This document shows positions 17,724 to 27,984 of a DNA stretch of 54,248 bases, in pieces. This stretch comes from an uncultured Alphaproteobacteria bacterium (GTDB lineage Bacteria; Pseudomonadota; Alphaproteobacteria; RF32; CAG-239): assembly GCA_944392325.1 (NCBI GenBank), contig CALXWI010000002.1, forward strand, positions 1 to 54,248. The letters run 5' to 3'. The notes under the pieces are model-generated. The model did not search any database. It saw only the letters and a list, made by a program, of their open reading frames with translations, and was not told where the DNA came from. Every line of letters begins with the position of its first letter. Positions within the stretch are counted from its first letter, which is position 1. The position numbers were made by a program, and so were the translations under genes.

Positions 17724-17810
17724 GTCATTGCGAGGCGAATTTATTCGCCGCGGCAATCCATTCTTATTTTTATGGATCGCCACACCGGATTACATCCGGT
17801 TCGCGATGAC
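17724..17810. mobile_element. 87-bp palindromic MITE-like element flanked by a 7-bp direct repeat
   Basis: GTCATTGCGAGG..CGGCAATCC (17724-17759), a 14-nt AT-rich spacer, then GGATCGCC..CGCGATGAC (17774-17810). AACCTTT occurs immediately on both sides (17717-17723 and 17811-17817). A related half-element GGATTGCCGCG..CTCGCAAAGAC sits at 17140-17176. Confidence 0.6.
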
Positions 17811-17964
17811 AACCTTTTGTTCCTCCCTGCCCCTCCGCCAACTCTATCTGCACGCAGTGCACCTCAAGCCCCTATCAACCAACCACTAACTGACGGGGTG
17901 AAGCTGCCTCAGCTTCCGCCGCCTCGGTGGTTGTGGACAATTTGATAAAAGAAAACATCCGGAC

Positions 17965-17993
17965 TTGCATTTTTCACCATGCTTTGCTAGAGT
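17965..17993 (+). promoter_or_regulatory. Sigma70-like promoter candidate for pgm
   Basis: TTGCAT (17965-17970), 17-nt spacer, TAGAGT (17988-17993), about 30 nt upstream of ATG 18024. Confidence 0.3.
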
Positions 17994-18023
17994 AAAAGAA
18001 AAAACAGGAAAGGAAGGGCGACG

Positions 18024-19643
18024 ATGATAAAAACGGTTAAAACAACAGCCTACACAGATCAAAAAATGGGCACCGGCGGCCTGCGTAAAAAGACTAAAGT
18101 TATGATGCAGCCCAACTATTTTGAAAACTTTATCCAAAGCGTTTTCAATACCATTGGGGATTTGAAAGGTAAAGTCTTCGTTGTCGGCGGTGACGGCCGA
18201 TTCTTTAATGCCGAAGCCATCCAACGCTTTATCAAAATGGCCGCAGCCAACGGCGTCAAAAAGCTCATCATCGGGCAAAACGGCTTTATGTCTACTCCGG
18301 CGGGCTCTAATGTTATGCTCAAAAACCATACTGACGGCGGCTTTATCTTCTCAGCCTCGCACAACCCCGGCGGAGAAAACGGTGACTTTGGCATCAAATA
18401 CGCCAACCATACCGGCGGCCAAGTTCCGACCTCAGTAAGTGATAAAATTTATGCCAACAGCAAAACCATTACCGAATACAAAATTATGGATTGCCCTGAT
18501 ATTGACTTGTCCAAACTCGGCACTCAGCACCTCGGCGATATGGGAATTGAAGTTATTGACCCCGTCAAAGACTATGTTGAAATGATGGAGTCTATTTTTG
18601 ACTTTGAGGCTCTAAAAAAACTTTTCAAATCCGGCTTTACCATGCGGTTTGATGCGATGAACGCAGTTACCGGCCCCTACGCCATCCGCATTTTTGAAGA
18701 CATCTTGGGCGCAGCCAAAGGCTCGGTTATCAGGGCTGTTCCGCTGCCTGACTTTGGCGGGCTCCACCCTGACCCCAACCTGACCTACGCGAAAGATTTG
18801 GTCGACTTTATGTTCTCAGACAAAGCAACCGACTTTGCCGGCGCCAATGACGGCGATGGCGACCGCAATATGATTCTCGGCAAACACTTTTTTGTTACCC
18901 CGAGTGACAGCCTGGCCATTTTGACTGACAACTATCACCTCATTCCGGCCTACAAAAACGGCATTTACGGGGTGGCTAAATCAGCCGCGACATCAACTGC
19001 CGTATGCCGTGTTGCTGCCCAAAACAACTTGCCTTATTATGTTGTTCCCACGGGGTGGAAATACTTTGTCAACCTTATGGATTCCAAGCGCATCACCCTC
19101 TGCGGTGAAGAAAGCTTCGGCTCTGGCTCATCTCACATCCGTGAAAAAGACGGCATCTGGGCAATTCTGTTCTGGCTGAGCATTATTGCCGCCACCGGCA
19201 AAACGGTTGAACAAATCACCCGCGAAAACTGGAAGAAATACGGCCGCAGCTACTATATGCGCTTTGACTTTGAAGGGCTTGATACCGCTGTTGCCGACAA
19301 ACTTATGGCTGACCTTGAGGCTCGCTTGCCCTCGCTGACCGGCAAAAAGTTTGGCAGCTATGAAGTCAAACAAGCCGCTCCGTTTGTTTATAATGATCCG
19401 GTTGACCACTCAACCACCAAAAACGGTTTAGTCATCGACTTTACTAACGACGCCAAAATCACCTACCGCTTATCCGGCACGGGCTCAACCGGCGCCACAC
19501 TGCGTGTTTATCTGGAGCGTCTGGAATATCATAACCTCGACCAAGATACTTTCACCATGCTGCAAGACTTGCTGAAGATTGCCATGCAGGTAGCCGAAAT
19601 CACCGAAAGGACTGGCAAGACCAAAGCCGATGTCAATACTTAA
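18024..19643 (+). CDS. pgm: Phosphoglucomutase (alpha-D-phosphohexomutase family)
   Basis: DQKMGTGGLRKK, FSASHNPGGENGDFGIKY (active-site Ser loop), GANDGDGDRNM (metal loop), GEESFG. Confidence 0.92.
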   Translation: MIKTVKTTAYTDQKMGTGGLRKKTKVMMQPNYFENFIQSVFNTIGDLKGKVFVVGGDGRFFNAEAIQRFIKMAAANGVKKLIIGQNGFMSTPAGSNVMLKNHTDGGFIFSASHNPGGENGDFGIKYANHTGGQVPTSVSDKIYANSKTITEYKIMDCPDIDLSKLGTQHLGDMGIEVIDPVKDYVEMMESIFDFEALKKLFKSGFTMRFDAMNAVTGPYAIRIFEDILGAAKGSVIRAVPLPDFGGLHPDPNLTYAKDLVDFMFSDKATDFAGANDGDGDRNMILGKHFFVTPSDSLAILTDNYHLIPAYKNGIYGVAKSAATSTAVCRVAAQNNLPYYVVPTGWKYFVNLMDSKRITLCGEESFGSGSSHIREKDGIWAILFWLSIIAATGKTVEQITRENWKKYGRSYYMRFDFEGLDTAVADKLMADLEARLPSLTGKKFGSYEVKQAAPFVYNDPVDHSTTKNGLVIDFTNDAKITYRLSGTGSTGATLRVYLERLEYHNLDQDTFTMLQDLLKIAMQVAEITERTGKTKADVNT

Positions 19644-20745
19644 AACACTTACATCCGGAATTATACTTTGTGCGGCACTTGTTTTCACAACAAGTGCCTC
19701 CGCCGGATTATACGGTTTTTCAGACATCAACCCCTACACTCGCGAAGAGCAGATTCTTGAAGTTGTTTCGCCTCCATACGATATTCCCAACTATCGAGCT
19801 TTAATGCGCAACAACTTATACAGCCTTATCAAATATGCAAAATCGCAAAAACCTGATTTTCAGGCCCTCCTGCATGAATGCGATGACATATTGTATAAAA
19901 GCCTGTGGGAATACCACCTTGAGGGCTACGAACAAGCCCGCAAACTCGGCCTCAAAGCCGACGACCCCAGCTTTTTGGTTCGCAACGCCAAAGACATCCC
20001 TGAGCAATACTTGCAAGACAACAACATCAGCCAAGATTTTTATAAATTGGTTGACGGTGTAGCATACAACAACCTCTACTGCACCCCCATCAAAATCACT
20101 TCTCAGTTAAAAGATTCGCCAATAAAAGTTATCTCTATCAGTGCTTGCCCCAACCTCAAGATGTATGAACAAGCCGCAGAACTCTCTGCCTCCGAACAAA
20201 CATTATTTTATGGCTTTATAAAACCATCACAGGCTTTCAAATATATTGCTCACCAACCCATAATTAATGAAAACGCCAACAACATTTTCAAACTTTCAGA
20301 AGCTAAAAATATATCCTTTTTGATTGACGACAGCCGCTATAAATCTAAGGCTGAAATGCTGCAAGATATCGCCGCCTCCAACTATGATGTTGTAGTCATC
20401 AACCCACTGTTTCATACTCAAACCCCTTTTAGCGACAAAGAAGTTTCTTCCATGCGTTACAAGCGCAACGGTGCCCGCCGCCTGATTATTGCCATGCAAA
20501 ACGTATCAGAGGCCTTCAAGCTCCACTACTATTGGCAAAAAGATTGGAACAAAACCCGTCCTGACTGGATGATTCGTAAATCATTCAGTAGTCAAGACGC
20601 CTTTATCACCCGTTATTGGACTGCCGAGTGGCAAAAAATTATCTCTGATTATACCAAGAGCATTGTTGACAGCGGCTACGACGGTATCTTTTTCACCGGT
20701 ATTGAGAACCACCGCTACTTTGAGCATCAAACCCCGTTAGAATAG
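19630..20745 (+). CDS. Exported protein, possible GH114/TM1410-like TIM-barrel glycoside-hydrolase-like fold
   Basis: Signal peptide MSILKTLTSGIILCAALVFTTSASA. NYDVVVINP..., LIIAMQNVSEA..YYWQKDW...PDW...RYWTAEWQKII...SGYDGIFF resembles the remembered GH114-family pattern (DvvviD, YlSiGEae.YW..W, W..ii, GfDGvyLD). The usual LD after GfDGv is TG here. Confidence 0.45.
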   Translation: MSILKTLTSGIILCAALVFTTSASAGLYGFSDINPYTREEQILEVVSPPYDIPNYRALMRNNLYSLIKYAKSQKPDFQALLHECDDILYKSLWEYHLEGYEQARKLGLKADDPSFLVRNAKDIPEQYLQDNNISQDFYKLVDGVAYNNLYCTPIKITSQLKDSPIKVISISACPNLKMYEQAAELSASEQTLFYGFIKPSQAFKYIAHQPIINENANNIFKLSEAKNISFLIDDSRYKSKAEMLQDIAASNYDVVVINPLFHTQTPFSDKEVSSMRYKRNGARRLIIAMQNVSEAFKLHYYWQKDWNKTRPDWMIRKSFSSQDAFITRYWTAEWQKIISDYTKSIVDSGYDGIFFTGIENHRYFEHQTPLE

Positions 20746-20754
20746 GATAACCAC

Positions 20755-21021
20755 ATGACCGAAATTGAAGTTTTAGATATATCTCGCGATGCAATTTTCA
20801 CTCTTCTGAAAGTTGTTACCCCGGTTTTGTTAGTCGCCTTATTCGTCGGTTTAATCATCGGTATTTTTCAAGCTCTTACTCAAATCCAAGAAATGACCTT
20901 GGCTTTTGTGCCTAAGATTCTGTGCGTTTTCTTAGCCATTATCTTGCTGTTTCCGTTTATGTTGGGCCAAATGCGTATCTTATCTGAAACCTTATTTGAT
21001 AAAATCGTGAGCGGTGGCTAA
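20755..21021 (+). CDS. fliQ: Flagellar/type III export apparatus protein FliQ
   Basis: 88 aa, two TM. LLVALFVGLIIGIFQALTQIQEMTLAFVPKI is the FliQ/SctS signature. Confidence 0.88.
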   Translation: MTEIEVLDISRDAIFTLLKVVTPVLLVALFVGLIIGIFQALTQIQEMTLAFVPKILCVFLAIILLFPFMLGQMRILSETLFDKIVSGG

Positions 21022-21026
21022 CCTCC

Positions 21027-21782
21027 ATGCAAGAACTTTTGAGCCTTGAAATATATAAATATATGCTGATATTTATGCGGCTGGGCTCAGCCATAATGCT
21101 GATGCCTGGCTTCATGAGCAGCTATATCAATATGCGGCTGCGCTTGTCTTTTGCCTTAGCGTTGTGCTTGGTTTTGCTGCCTTTTTTGAGTGATTCTATC
21201 CCCTCCCCCACGCCGGATTTTTTAACCACACTCCAAACCTGCGGTTTTGAAATCATCTATGGCATTTTTATGGGATTAGTCATGCAGTTTCTGTTTATGG
21301 CGCTTAATTTGGCCGGTAACTTTGCCGGCACGGCCATAGGCTTTTCCAGCGCCCAAATGTTTGACCCCAGCAGCCAAGCTCAGTCGGTTGTTTTAGAGAG
21401 CTTTTTCAGTATCATCGCCCTTACGGTTATTTTCATTACCGACCTTCATCACACGATGCTCTCTGCCGTAATTGAAAGTTATGCGCTTTTTCCGGTTGGA
21501 GAGCCATTGCCTCTCGGCGATTTTGCTAACTTTTTAAGTACCACGCTCAATAAAAGTTTTATAATTGGTTTCCAGCTGGCCTCACCCTTTATTGCCTTCA
21601 CGATTATTTTTTATGTCGGCATGGGCTTAATCTCCCGCTTAATGCCACAACTCAACATTTTCTTTTTATCCCTTCCATTGCAGATATACCTTGGCCTTGG
21701 GCTATTATTCGTGACCATACCGGCCATTATTTTCTGGTTCATAAATTATTATGAAGCCAATCTGCACAAGTTTTCAAGCTAA
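21027..21782 (+). CDS. fliR: Flagellar/type III export apparatus protein FliR
   Basis: 251 aa polytopic protein. The FMRLGSAIMLMPGF start region and the position between fliQ and flhB support the call. Confidence 0.85.
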   Translation: MQELLSLEIYKYMLIFMRLGSAIMLMPGFMSSYINMRLRLSFALALCLVLLPFLSDSIPSPTPDFLTTLQTCGFEIIYGIFMGLVMQFLFMALNLAGNFAGTAIGFSSAQMFDPSSQAQSVVLESFFSIIALTVIFITDLHHTMLSAVIESYALFPVGEPLPLGDFANFLSTTLNKSFIIGFQLASPFIAFTIIFYVGMGLISRLMPQLNIFFLSLPLQIYLGLGLLFVTIPAIIFWFINYYEANLHKFSS

Positions 21783-21791
21783 GGAGGCCCC

Positions 21792-22868
21792 ATGGTAGCT
21801 GAAGACGAAGACGAAGCCTCCAAAACCGAAGAACCGTCGGAACGAAAAATAAGCAAAGCCCGTGAAGAAGGTGATATCGCCATCTCGCAAGATGCCAAAA
21901 GCTTTATTATGCTTTTGGGTATGCTGTTTGTTGTCTGGCTTATCATTCCCAAAATGGGTCAATGGTTTTACCGCTACTTTGGCTTTTTCATTGAGCGTCC
22001 GGAAACCATCCCGACCGATTCCAAACACTTGCAGCTTTTATTGGCCAATTGCGTACTTGACTTTTTCAAGATATTAGGCATTCCCCTAGCCATTTTTATG
22101 GTTCTTGGTGTAGCCGCTAGTCTTATGCAAACCGGCTTTATCTATGCCCCGCAAAAGCTCCTCCCCAACTGGAACAAGCTTAATATTTTTGCCGCCCTGC
22201 CCAAATTTATCAATATGCAAAAGATTGTCGAAAGCTTAAAAGGCATTATCAAAATCACCGTTATTGCCTGGATTGCCATTGCCGTACTCAAACCATATCT
22301 TGGTCGTAGCGAGCTTATGCCCGAAATGGAACCAATTGAAATTTTGCGTCTTACCCACCATATCGTAGTTCTTTTGATTTTTACGATTCTACTAGCCGTC
22401 CTAGTCATAGCCATTGCAGACTTTGTTTACCAAAGATATGCACATTTAAAAAAGCTGCGTATGACTAAACAAGAAGTCAAAGACGAATACAAACAAATGG
22501 AAGGTGACCCCTTAGTAAAATCTAAGATTCGCCAAATTCGTAACGAGCGTGCTCGCCACCGTATGATGGACAGTGTACCCAAAGCCAGCGTCGTAATTGT
22601 CAACCCGACGCACTATGCTGTTGCATTAAAATATGATATGGCTACAATGGACGCACCGATAGTCGTTGCTAAAGGTGTTGACGCCGTAGCTTTAAGGATT
22701 CGCGCCGTCGCCGAAGAAAACGACGTCCCTGTGGTTGAAAATCCGCCATTAGCAAGAGCTCTATTTGCATCGGTAGATTTAGACCAATCCATTCCGGAAG
22801 AACATTTCAAAGCCGTAGCCGAGGTAATAGGATATGTTATGCAGCTTAAAAACGAAACGCCCCGATAA
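21792..22868 (+). CDS. flhB: Flagellar/type III export switch protein FlhB
   Basis: N-terminal KTEEPSERKISKAREEGDIAISQD, four TM, MTKQEVKDEYKQMEGDPLVKSKIR, NPTHYAVAL autocleavage site. Confidence 0.9.
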   Translation: MVAEDEDEASKTEEPSERKISKAREEGDIAISQDAKSFIMLLGMLFVVWLIIPKMGQWFYRYFGFFIERPETIPTDSKHLQLLLANCVLDFFKILGIPLAIFMVLGVAASLMQTGFIYAPQKLLPNWNKLNIFAALPKFINMQKIVESLKGIIKITVIAWIAIAVLKPYLGRSELMPEMEPIEILRLTHHIVVLLIFTILLAVLVIAIADFVYQRYAHLKKLRMTKQEVKDEYKQMEGDPLVKSKIRQIRNERARHRMMDSVPKASVVIVNPTHYAVALKYDMATMDAPIVVAKGVDAVALRIRAVAEENDVPVVENPPLARALFASVDLDQSIPEEHFKAVAEVIGYVMQLKNETPR

Positions 22869-25494
22869 ACAGTTAGAAAAACGCCTTCTGTTTTTGGCCT
22901 ACTCCTTAGTTGCGCTAACCGTTACGGTTATTATGTTTCTAGTTTATCCGCAATACTTTATTTACCTAATATTGCTAATGGTATTTATGAGCTCTTTCTG
23001 CCTCATTTCCACCATCAAGACCTTAAGTGCCGGCGAAGAAGCCATCAGCTACGGCGGCTTTGCCAACGAGTTGATAAAAAGCAGCTCCTTTGGACAACGC
23101 ATTGACAATTCATCTTTTGAAGCCGTTCTTGAAAACGATATCGCTCGCGACCTGTTTGGTGACACCTCTGTACTTGATTTTTTGCGCAACCGCATCTCAG
23201 ACAATCGCCAAAACAAACCGGCTTTAGGCCGTCTTGAAACCGCACTCAACAACCTCAGCCGCGAACAAGTTACTCTTGCCCTAGACCTCAGTCATAACAC
23301 CCACAAAATTTTCAGCAATGAAACTTGGTTTGAAATCACTCTCAAACCCATATACCTCAAAAAGACCGATATTTTCGAAGGCGCCTACTCCATCAAAAGA
23401 ATCAAAAAAGATACCTACTTTTATTGGACCATCAAAGATATTACTGCACAAAAAAATATGGATCAAATTTTCCAAGAAGAGCGCCGCGGTCTGCATGACT
23501 TTTTGGATTATCTGCCCGCCCCGCTTTATGTCTGCGATAAGGAATATACAATTGAATACGCCAACCACGCATTATCGCGCCTTTTAGGGCAATCCCGCGA
23601 AGAGTTGCATGGACGCAACCTCAAAGACTTTTTAGCCGGCAACTCTCCTCTTCCTGCAGCACACACCTCATCTTGGAAAGGACGCCTTTATTTTAGCAAC
23701 GACAAACAAGAAGTTACCGAATGCTTTGCCGCCCAAGAAAACTTCCGCGACAATTCTGAAATCAAAACTCGCGGTGTTTTATTCTGTGATATTCCGCAAG
23801 ACAATGACCTTAGCCAGCAAATTGAAACCTTATCCGACCGCTTAAGCTGGATGTTTGACTTTGCCCCAATAGGTATCATTCTCTGCAACACACAACACCA
23901 AATTATTAGCGCCAACCAAGCCGCCTCATCTTTTTTGGGACAAGAAATCAAACGCCTCTCAGAACTCAAACTTACCGATTTTCTAAAAGCGGAAGATATT
24001 CCCTCTCTTAATAATGCCACCGCTTCAATATTGAATCATAGTTCATTATCCACCACGCTTGATACACATCTCAATACGGCAGGAGAAGAGCGCGTTGCCA
24101 TGCTTTATTTGAGCCCGATGCAAAAGCTCCATGCTGCCGAAGGCGCCTCCATCCCCGGCTACGTTGTTTATATGATAGATGCCACCACTCGCAAAAATCT
24201 CGAGGTTCAGTTTGCCCAAGCCCAAAAGATGCAAGCCTTAGGACAAATGGCCGGAGGTGTAGCCCACGACTTCAACAACCTTTTAACTGCGATGATAGGT
24301 TTCTGCGATTTGTTACAACAACGCCACGGTGTTGGCGATCCCTCCTTTGCCGATATCATCCAAATCAAACAAAACGCCAACCGCGCCGCAGCATTGGTTC
24401 GACAGTTATTAGCATTTTCACGCAAGCAACCCCTAAAACCCAAACTCATTGATGTTACCGACAACTTTGCCGAGCTCAGTCAACTTATGCGCCGTATTTT
24501 AGGAGAACAAATCACCCTCAAATTCCACCACGGCAGTGACTTAGGTTTCATCAGGGTTGACCCTGTACAATTTTCACAAGTTATCATGAACCTTGCCGTC
24601 AATGCCAAAGATGCAATGAACAATCACGGCACCTTGAGCATCACCACCCGAGTTGAGACCTTGGTTGAGCCTTATCAATTCGGCGCTGACACCATCAAAC
24701 CCGGAGACTTTGTGGTAATTGAGGTTAAAGATACCGGCTGTGGTATTCCCATCGAAAATCTGACGCGTATTTTTGAGCCGTTCTTCTCCACCAAACAAAA
24801 TGTTGTCGGTTCTGGCACTGGCTTAGGTCTGGCCACGGTCTACGGCATTGTCCGCCAAACCGAAGGCTTCATCAAAGTTGACAGCATTCTGGGTAAAGGC
24901 ACAACCTTCTCCATTTACTTGCCCCGCTTTGAAAAAGAAGAGCTCCCCTCTTCAACTGATATCCAAACCGCCAAAGATGTCATTACCTCTAGTGATGGCA
25001 CCCCGGTCTTGACCGTCCAAGAGCATAACGCCGCTCCCCATAATTCATCGCAAAAACTCATCTTCGGCTTAAACGTATCCTCCATTGACCGTAGCCACGA
25101 ATACCAGTCATCACCTGTCGAAGACATTCGCATTTTGTTTGTTGAAGATGAGGATTCGGTAAGAGCATTTGCGATTCGAGCCCTAAAGAAAAAAGGCTAT
25201 GAAGTTATTGGCTGTAACTCAGCCGAAAACGCACTTGAATATCTTGAACAAGATTCTAAATTTGACTTAATGATTACCGATATGGTTATGCCGGGTAAGA
25301 GTGGAGCTGAACTTGCCGCCATTGTCAAAGAAAAAATCCCTGGTATCAAGATCTTATTAGCCTCTGGTTATTCCGAAGAAATCGCCCGCCGCGAGCTTGC
25401 CGGTTCTGATGACTTTGCGTTTATAGCCAAACCATTCAGTCTTGGAGACTTGACTAAAAAAGTTTTTGATGTCTTAAATAATACTCAAGCTTAA
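22834..25494 (+). CDS. Hybrid sensor histidine kinase/response regulator with PAS domains (CckA-like)
   Basis: Two N-terminal TM segments, PAS-like regions, H-box [22 protein letters not shown]-box [11 protein letters not shown]-boxes DTGCGIP and [10 protein letters not shown]-terminal receiver ([10 protein letters not shown]...[11 protein letters not shown]...KPF). The start overlaps flhB by 35 nt and is uncertain. Confidence 0.85.
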   Translation: MLCSLKTKRPDKQLEKRLLFLAYSLVALTVTVIMFLVYPQYFIYLILLMVFMSSFCLISTIKTLSAGEEAISYGGFANELIKSSSFGQRIDNSSFEAVLENDIARDLFGDTSVLDFLRNRISDNRQNKPALGRLETALNNLSREQVTLALDLSHNTHKIFSNETWFEITLKPIYLKKTDIFEGAYSIKRIKKDTYFYWTIKDITAQKNMDQIFQEERRGLHDFLDYLPAPLYVCDKEYTIEYANHALSRLLGQSREELHGRNLKDFLAGNSPLPAAHTSSWKGRLYFSNDKQEVTECFAAQENFRDNSEIKTRGVLFCDIPQDNDLSQQIETLSDRLSWMFDFAPIGIILCNTQHQIISANQAASSFLGQEIKRLSELKLTDFLKAEDIPSLNNATASILNHSSLSTTLDTHLNTAGEERVAMLYLSPMQKLHAAEGASIPGYVVYMIDATTRKNLEVQFAQAQKMQALGQMAGGVAHDFNNLLTAMIGFCDLLQQRHGVGDPSFADIIQIKQNANRAAALVRQLLAFSRKQPLKPKLIDVTDNFAELSQLMRRILGEQITLKFHHGSDLGFIRVDPVQFSQVIMNLAVNAKDAMNNHGTLSITTRVETLVEPYQFGADTIKPGDFVVIEVKDTGCGIPIENLTRIFEPFFSTKQNVVGSGTGLGLATVYGIVRQTEGFIKVDSILGKGTTFSIYLPRFEKEELPSSTDIQTAKDVITSSDGTPVLTVQEHNAAPHNSSQKLIFGLNVSSIDRSHEYQSSPVEDIRILFVEDEDSVRAFAIRALKKKGYEVIGCNSAENALEYLEQDSKFDLMITDMVMPGKSGAELAAIVKEKIPGIKILLASGYSEEIARRELAGSDDFAFIAKPFSLGDLTKKVFDVLNNTQA

Positions 25495-25515
25495 TCTAAA
25501 CCAACAGGAGTCTTT

Positions 25516-26268
25516 ATGAATAAATCAGGCAACACTCAACTGCCGTTTGCATTTTACCACCGCCCTGATTTTGGACGCGATGATTTTATGACGGCTGCCT
25601 GCAATTTTGAAGCCTTCCGCCTAATTGACTCTTGGCCTATTTGGACCTATTTTGCCGCCTGTATTTATGGCCCAGAGGGCTGTGGCAAATCACATCTTGC
25701 CAATATTTTTTCTGATAAAGTATCCTTGCTTGAACACTACCCTTATAAGATTCCGCAAATCAAGGCCTCTGACCTCACCTTAGATATGCCGCGCCAATTG
25801 CTTGATACCCACCAATGCCTGATTGTTGAAGACCTCAACAGCCATATCAACCAAGAAGCCATGTTTAACCTCTACAATATGTACCGCGACGAAGGTGGTT
25901 GCATTTTATTTACCTCAACCGAAGCTCCGGCTCGCATAAACTTCAGCCTGCCTGATTTGCGCTCTCGGATGAACATCGTCCCCAGTGTTGAGATCAAAGA
26001 ACCAGACGACGGCTTACTTTCAGCCCTCTTGGTTAAATTGTTTATGGATAGACAAATCACCATCACCCCTGAATTAATCAATTACATTTTAGCCAATATG
26101 CAACGCTCCTTTGCTTACGCACGCAAACTTGTAGCGGAAATTGATAATGTCTCTTTGGCTCGCAAACGCGCCATCTCCATTCCCATAATTAAAGAGGCCA
26201 TCAGTAACCTCGAAAACGACACCCAAGGAGAGCTTTTTGCCCCTCTTCAAGGAGAACTCTTTTCCTAA
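25516..26268 (+). CDS. hdaA: DnaA regulatory inactivator Hda-family protein
   Basis: QLPFAFYHRPDFGRDDF, Walker A IYGPEGCGKSHLANIF, about 250 aa, DnaA domain III-like. RBS AGGAG upstream. Confidence 0.8.
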   Translation: MNKSGNTQLPFAFYHRPDFGRDDFMTAACNFEAFRLIDSWPIWTYFAACIYGPEGCGKSHLANIFSDKVSLLEHYPYKIPQIKASDLTLDMPRQLLDTHQCLIVEDLNSHINQEAMFNLYNMYRDEGGCILFTSTEAPARINFSLPDLRSRMNIVPSVEIKEPDDGLLSALLVKLFMDRQITITPELINYILANMQRSFAYARKLVAEIDNVSLARKRAISIPIIKEAISNLENDTQGELFAPLQGELFS

Positions 26269-26291
26269 TCTGAATTAAGGATACCTTTTTT

Positions 26292-27899
26292 ATGACTTTA
26301 CATCGTCCTAACCTCACTCTTAAATCATGGCAGTTTATTTTACTCTATGCCCTCTTTACACTTATTACTTACAACTGGAACTTTTACCTTAAATTAAATG
26401 ACATCAACTCCTCACTACTGTTTAGCTTGGGAGGAATGTTTATTGCCTTTACGATTTTAACATTAGCCTTCAGCGTACTGTTTTGTACTACCAAAATTAC
26501 TAAAACCATCGCTATCATTCTAACTATCTGCAACTCTATCGCCCTTTATTTTATGAACAGTTATAATATCTTGATTGATAAAATTATGCTGCTCAATGTT
26601 ATCCGTACGGATATTTACGAAGCCGGAGACGTCCTCCAACTCTCTATTCTGTGGTACCTTTTATTGGGTGGAATTTTACCGAGTTTGCTTATTCTCCACA
26701 CCCATATCAGCTTTGGCAATTTTGCCTCTGAGTTAAAAACCCGCCTCAAACTCAATCTCATCTCCATATTTATTAGTGCCGCAATTATTGTTCCTACACT
26801 GCCCAGCAGCAGCCAAATTATCGAGGAGCACAAAGAGCTCCGCTATGCCCTTATCCCCAGCAACTATCTTGGCGCCGGAATTGGAATAGCCAAAATATTT
26901 GATGAACTCACTCGCCCTTATACCCCCATTGCTACCGACGCTAAAGTTAACCACTATTGGCATAATGATAAAAAGAACCTCTTTGTTTTCATAGTCGGAG
27001 AAACCGCTCGTGCCGCCAACTTTTCTTTAGGAGGCTACCATCGTCCGACCAATGCCGCACTAACCCCTTACCTTGACCAACTAGTGTACTATAAAGATTT
27101 TTATGCCTGCGGCACCTCAACCGCTGTTGCCGTCCCCTGTATGTTTTCCAAATACTCTCAAAAAGACTTCAAAGAAGGCTCCGAACTTAACACCGGTAAC
27201 CTACTTGATGTCTTTGCCTCCGTTGGCTACCACGGTCTATGGATAGACAACAACACCAGCTGCCAAGACAACTGCAACCGCATTGAGCTACAATCCCCCT
27301 GCAACTCTAAATCTTGCTTAGATGACATTATGCTTGATGGCCTTGAAAACAAACTCCGCTCAATTAATCAAAACACCTTTTTAGTTTTGCACCAAAAAGG
27401 CAGCCACGGCCCTGATTACTACAATCGCTACCCTCAAGATTGGAATGCTCCTTACACTCCGGAATGCTTTGACCGCGGTTTAATGAGCTGCACAGTTGAG
27501 GCCATTACCAATGCTTATGATAACAGCATCACCTATACCAGTATCTTTTTGCAAAAGACTATAGATATCCTGCAAAAACTAAGCGATGAGTATAATGTTG
27601 TACTGGTTTATGCTTCCGACCATGGAGAGTCGCTTGGCGAAAACGGACGCTATCTCCATGCTGCACCATACGATTCTGCTCCCCAAGAACAACTGCATAT
27701 CCCAGCCTTTATCTGGATGCCTCAATCCAGCGCCCAAACTTTTGGAATTAATATATCTTGCCTCAAACAGCGTTCATCTTTGCGCCACTCGCATGACAAT
27801 ATCTTCCACAGTTTTCTGGGATTAGGCGGAATCAAAACTTCTGATTATAAACAAGACCTAGATGTTTTTGCTCCTTGCCGACACCAAAAAAATAACTAA
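26292..27899 (+). CDS. Phosphoethanolamine transferase (EptA/EptB-like, sulfatase superfamily)
   Basis: About five N-terminal TM helices, then FVFIVGETARAANFSLGGYHRPTNAAL, CGTSTAVAVPCMF, HQKGSHGPDYYNRYP, VYASDHGESLGENG. Confidence 0.85.
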   Translation: MTLHRPNLTLKSWQFILLYALFTLITYNWNFYLKLNDINSSLLFSLGGMFIAFTILTLAFSVLFCTTKITKTIAIILTICNSIALYFMNSYNILIDKIMLLNVIRTDIYEAGDVLQLSILWYLLLGGILPSLLILHTHISFGNFASELKTRLKLNLISIFISAAIIVPTLPSSSQIIEEHKELRYALIPSNYLGAGIGIAKIFDELTRPYTPIATDAKVNHYWHNDKKNLFVFIVGETARAANFSLGGYHRPTNAALTPYLDQLVYYKDFYACGTSTAVAVPCMFSKYSQKDFKEGSELNTGNLLDVFASVGYHGLWIDNNTSCQDNCNRIELQSPCNSKSCLDDIMLDGLENKLRSINQNTFLVLHQKGSHGPDYYNRYPQDWNAPYTPECFDRGLMSCTVEAITNAYDNSITYTSIFLQKTIDILQKLSDEYNVVLVYASDHGESLGENGRYLHAAPYDSAPQEQLHIPAFIWMPQSSAQTFGINISCLKQRSSLRHSHDNIFHSFLGLGGIKTSDYKQDLDVFAPCRHQKNN

Positions 27900-27984
27900 T
27901 TCTTTTAAAAATATTAACTTTTTTAACTTAGGTTAAGCTACGGTACATCCTCCCAAAAAAGAATTGCATAAAGAGAGAATGCTC

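Noticed and set aside
20755-22868. Non-flagellar injectisome (SctS/T/U) instead of the flagellar FliQ/FliR/FlhB.
   Set aside because: It cannot be excluded from sequence alone. The alphaproteobacterial context and the fliQ-fliR-flhB arrangement without any other injectisome genes favour the flagellar assignment, so the call is kept as flagellar with a caveat.
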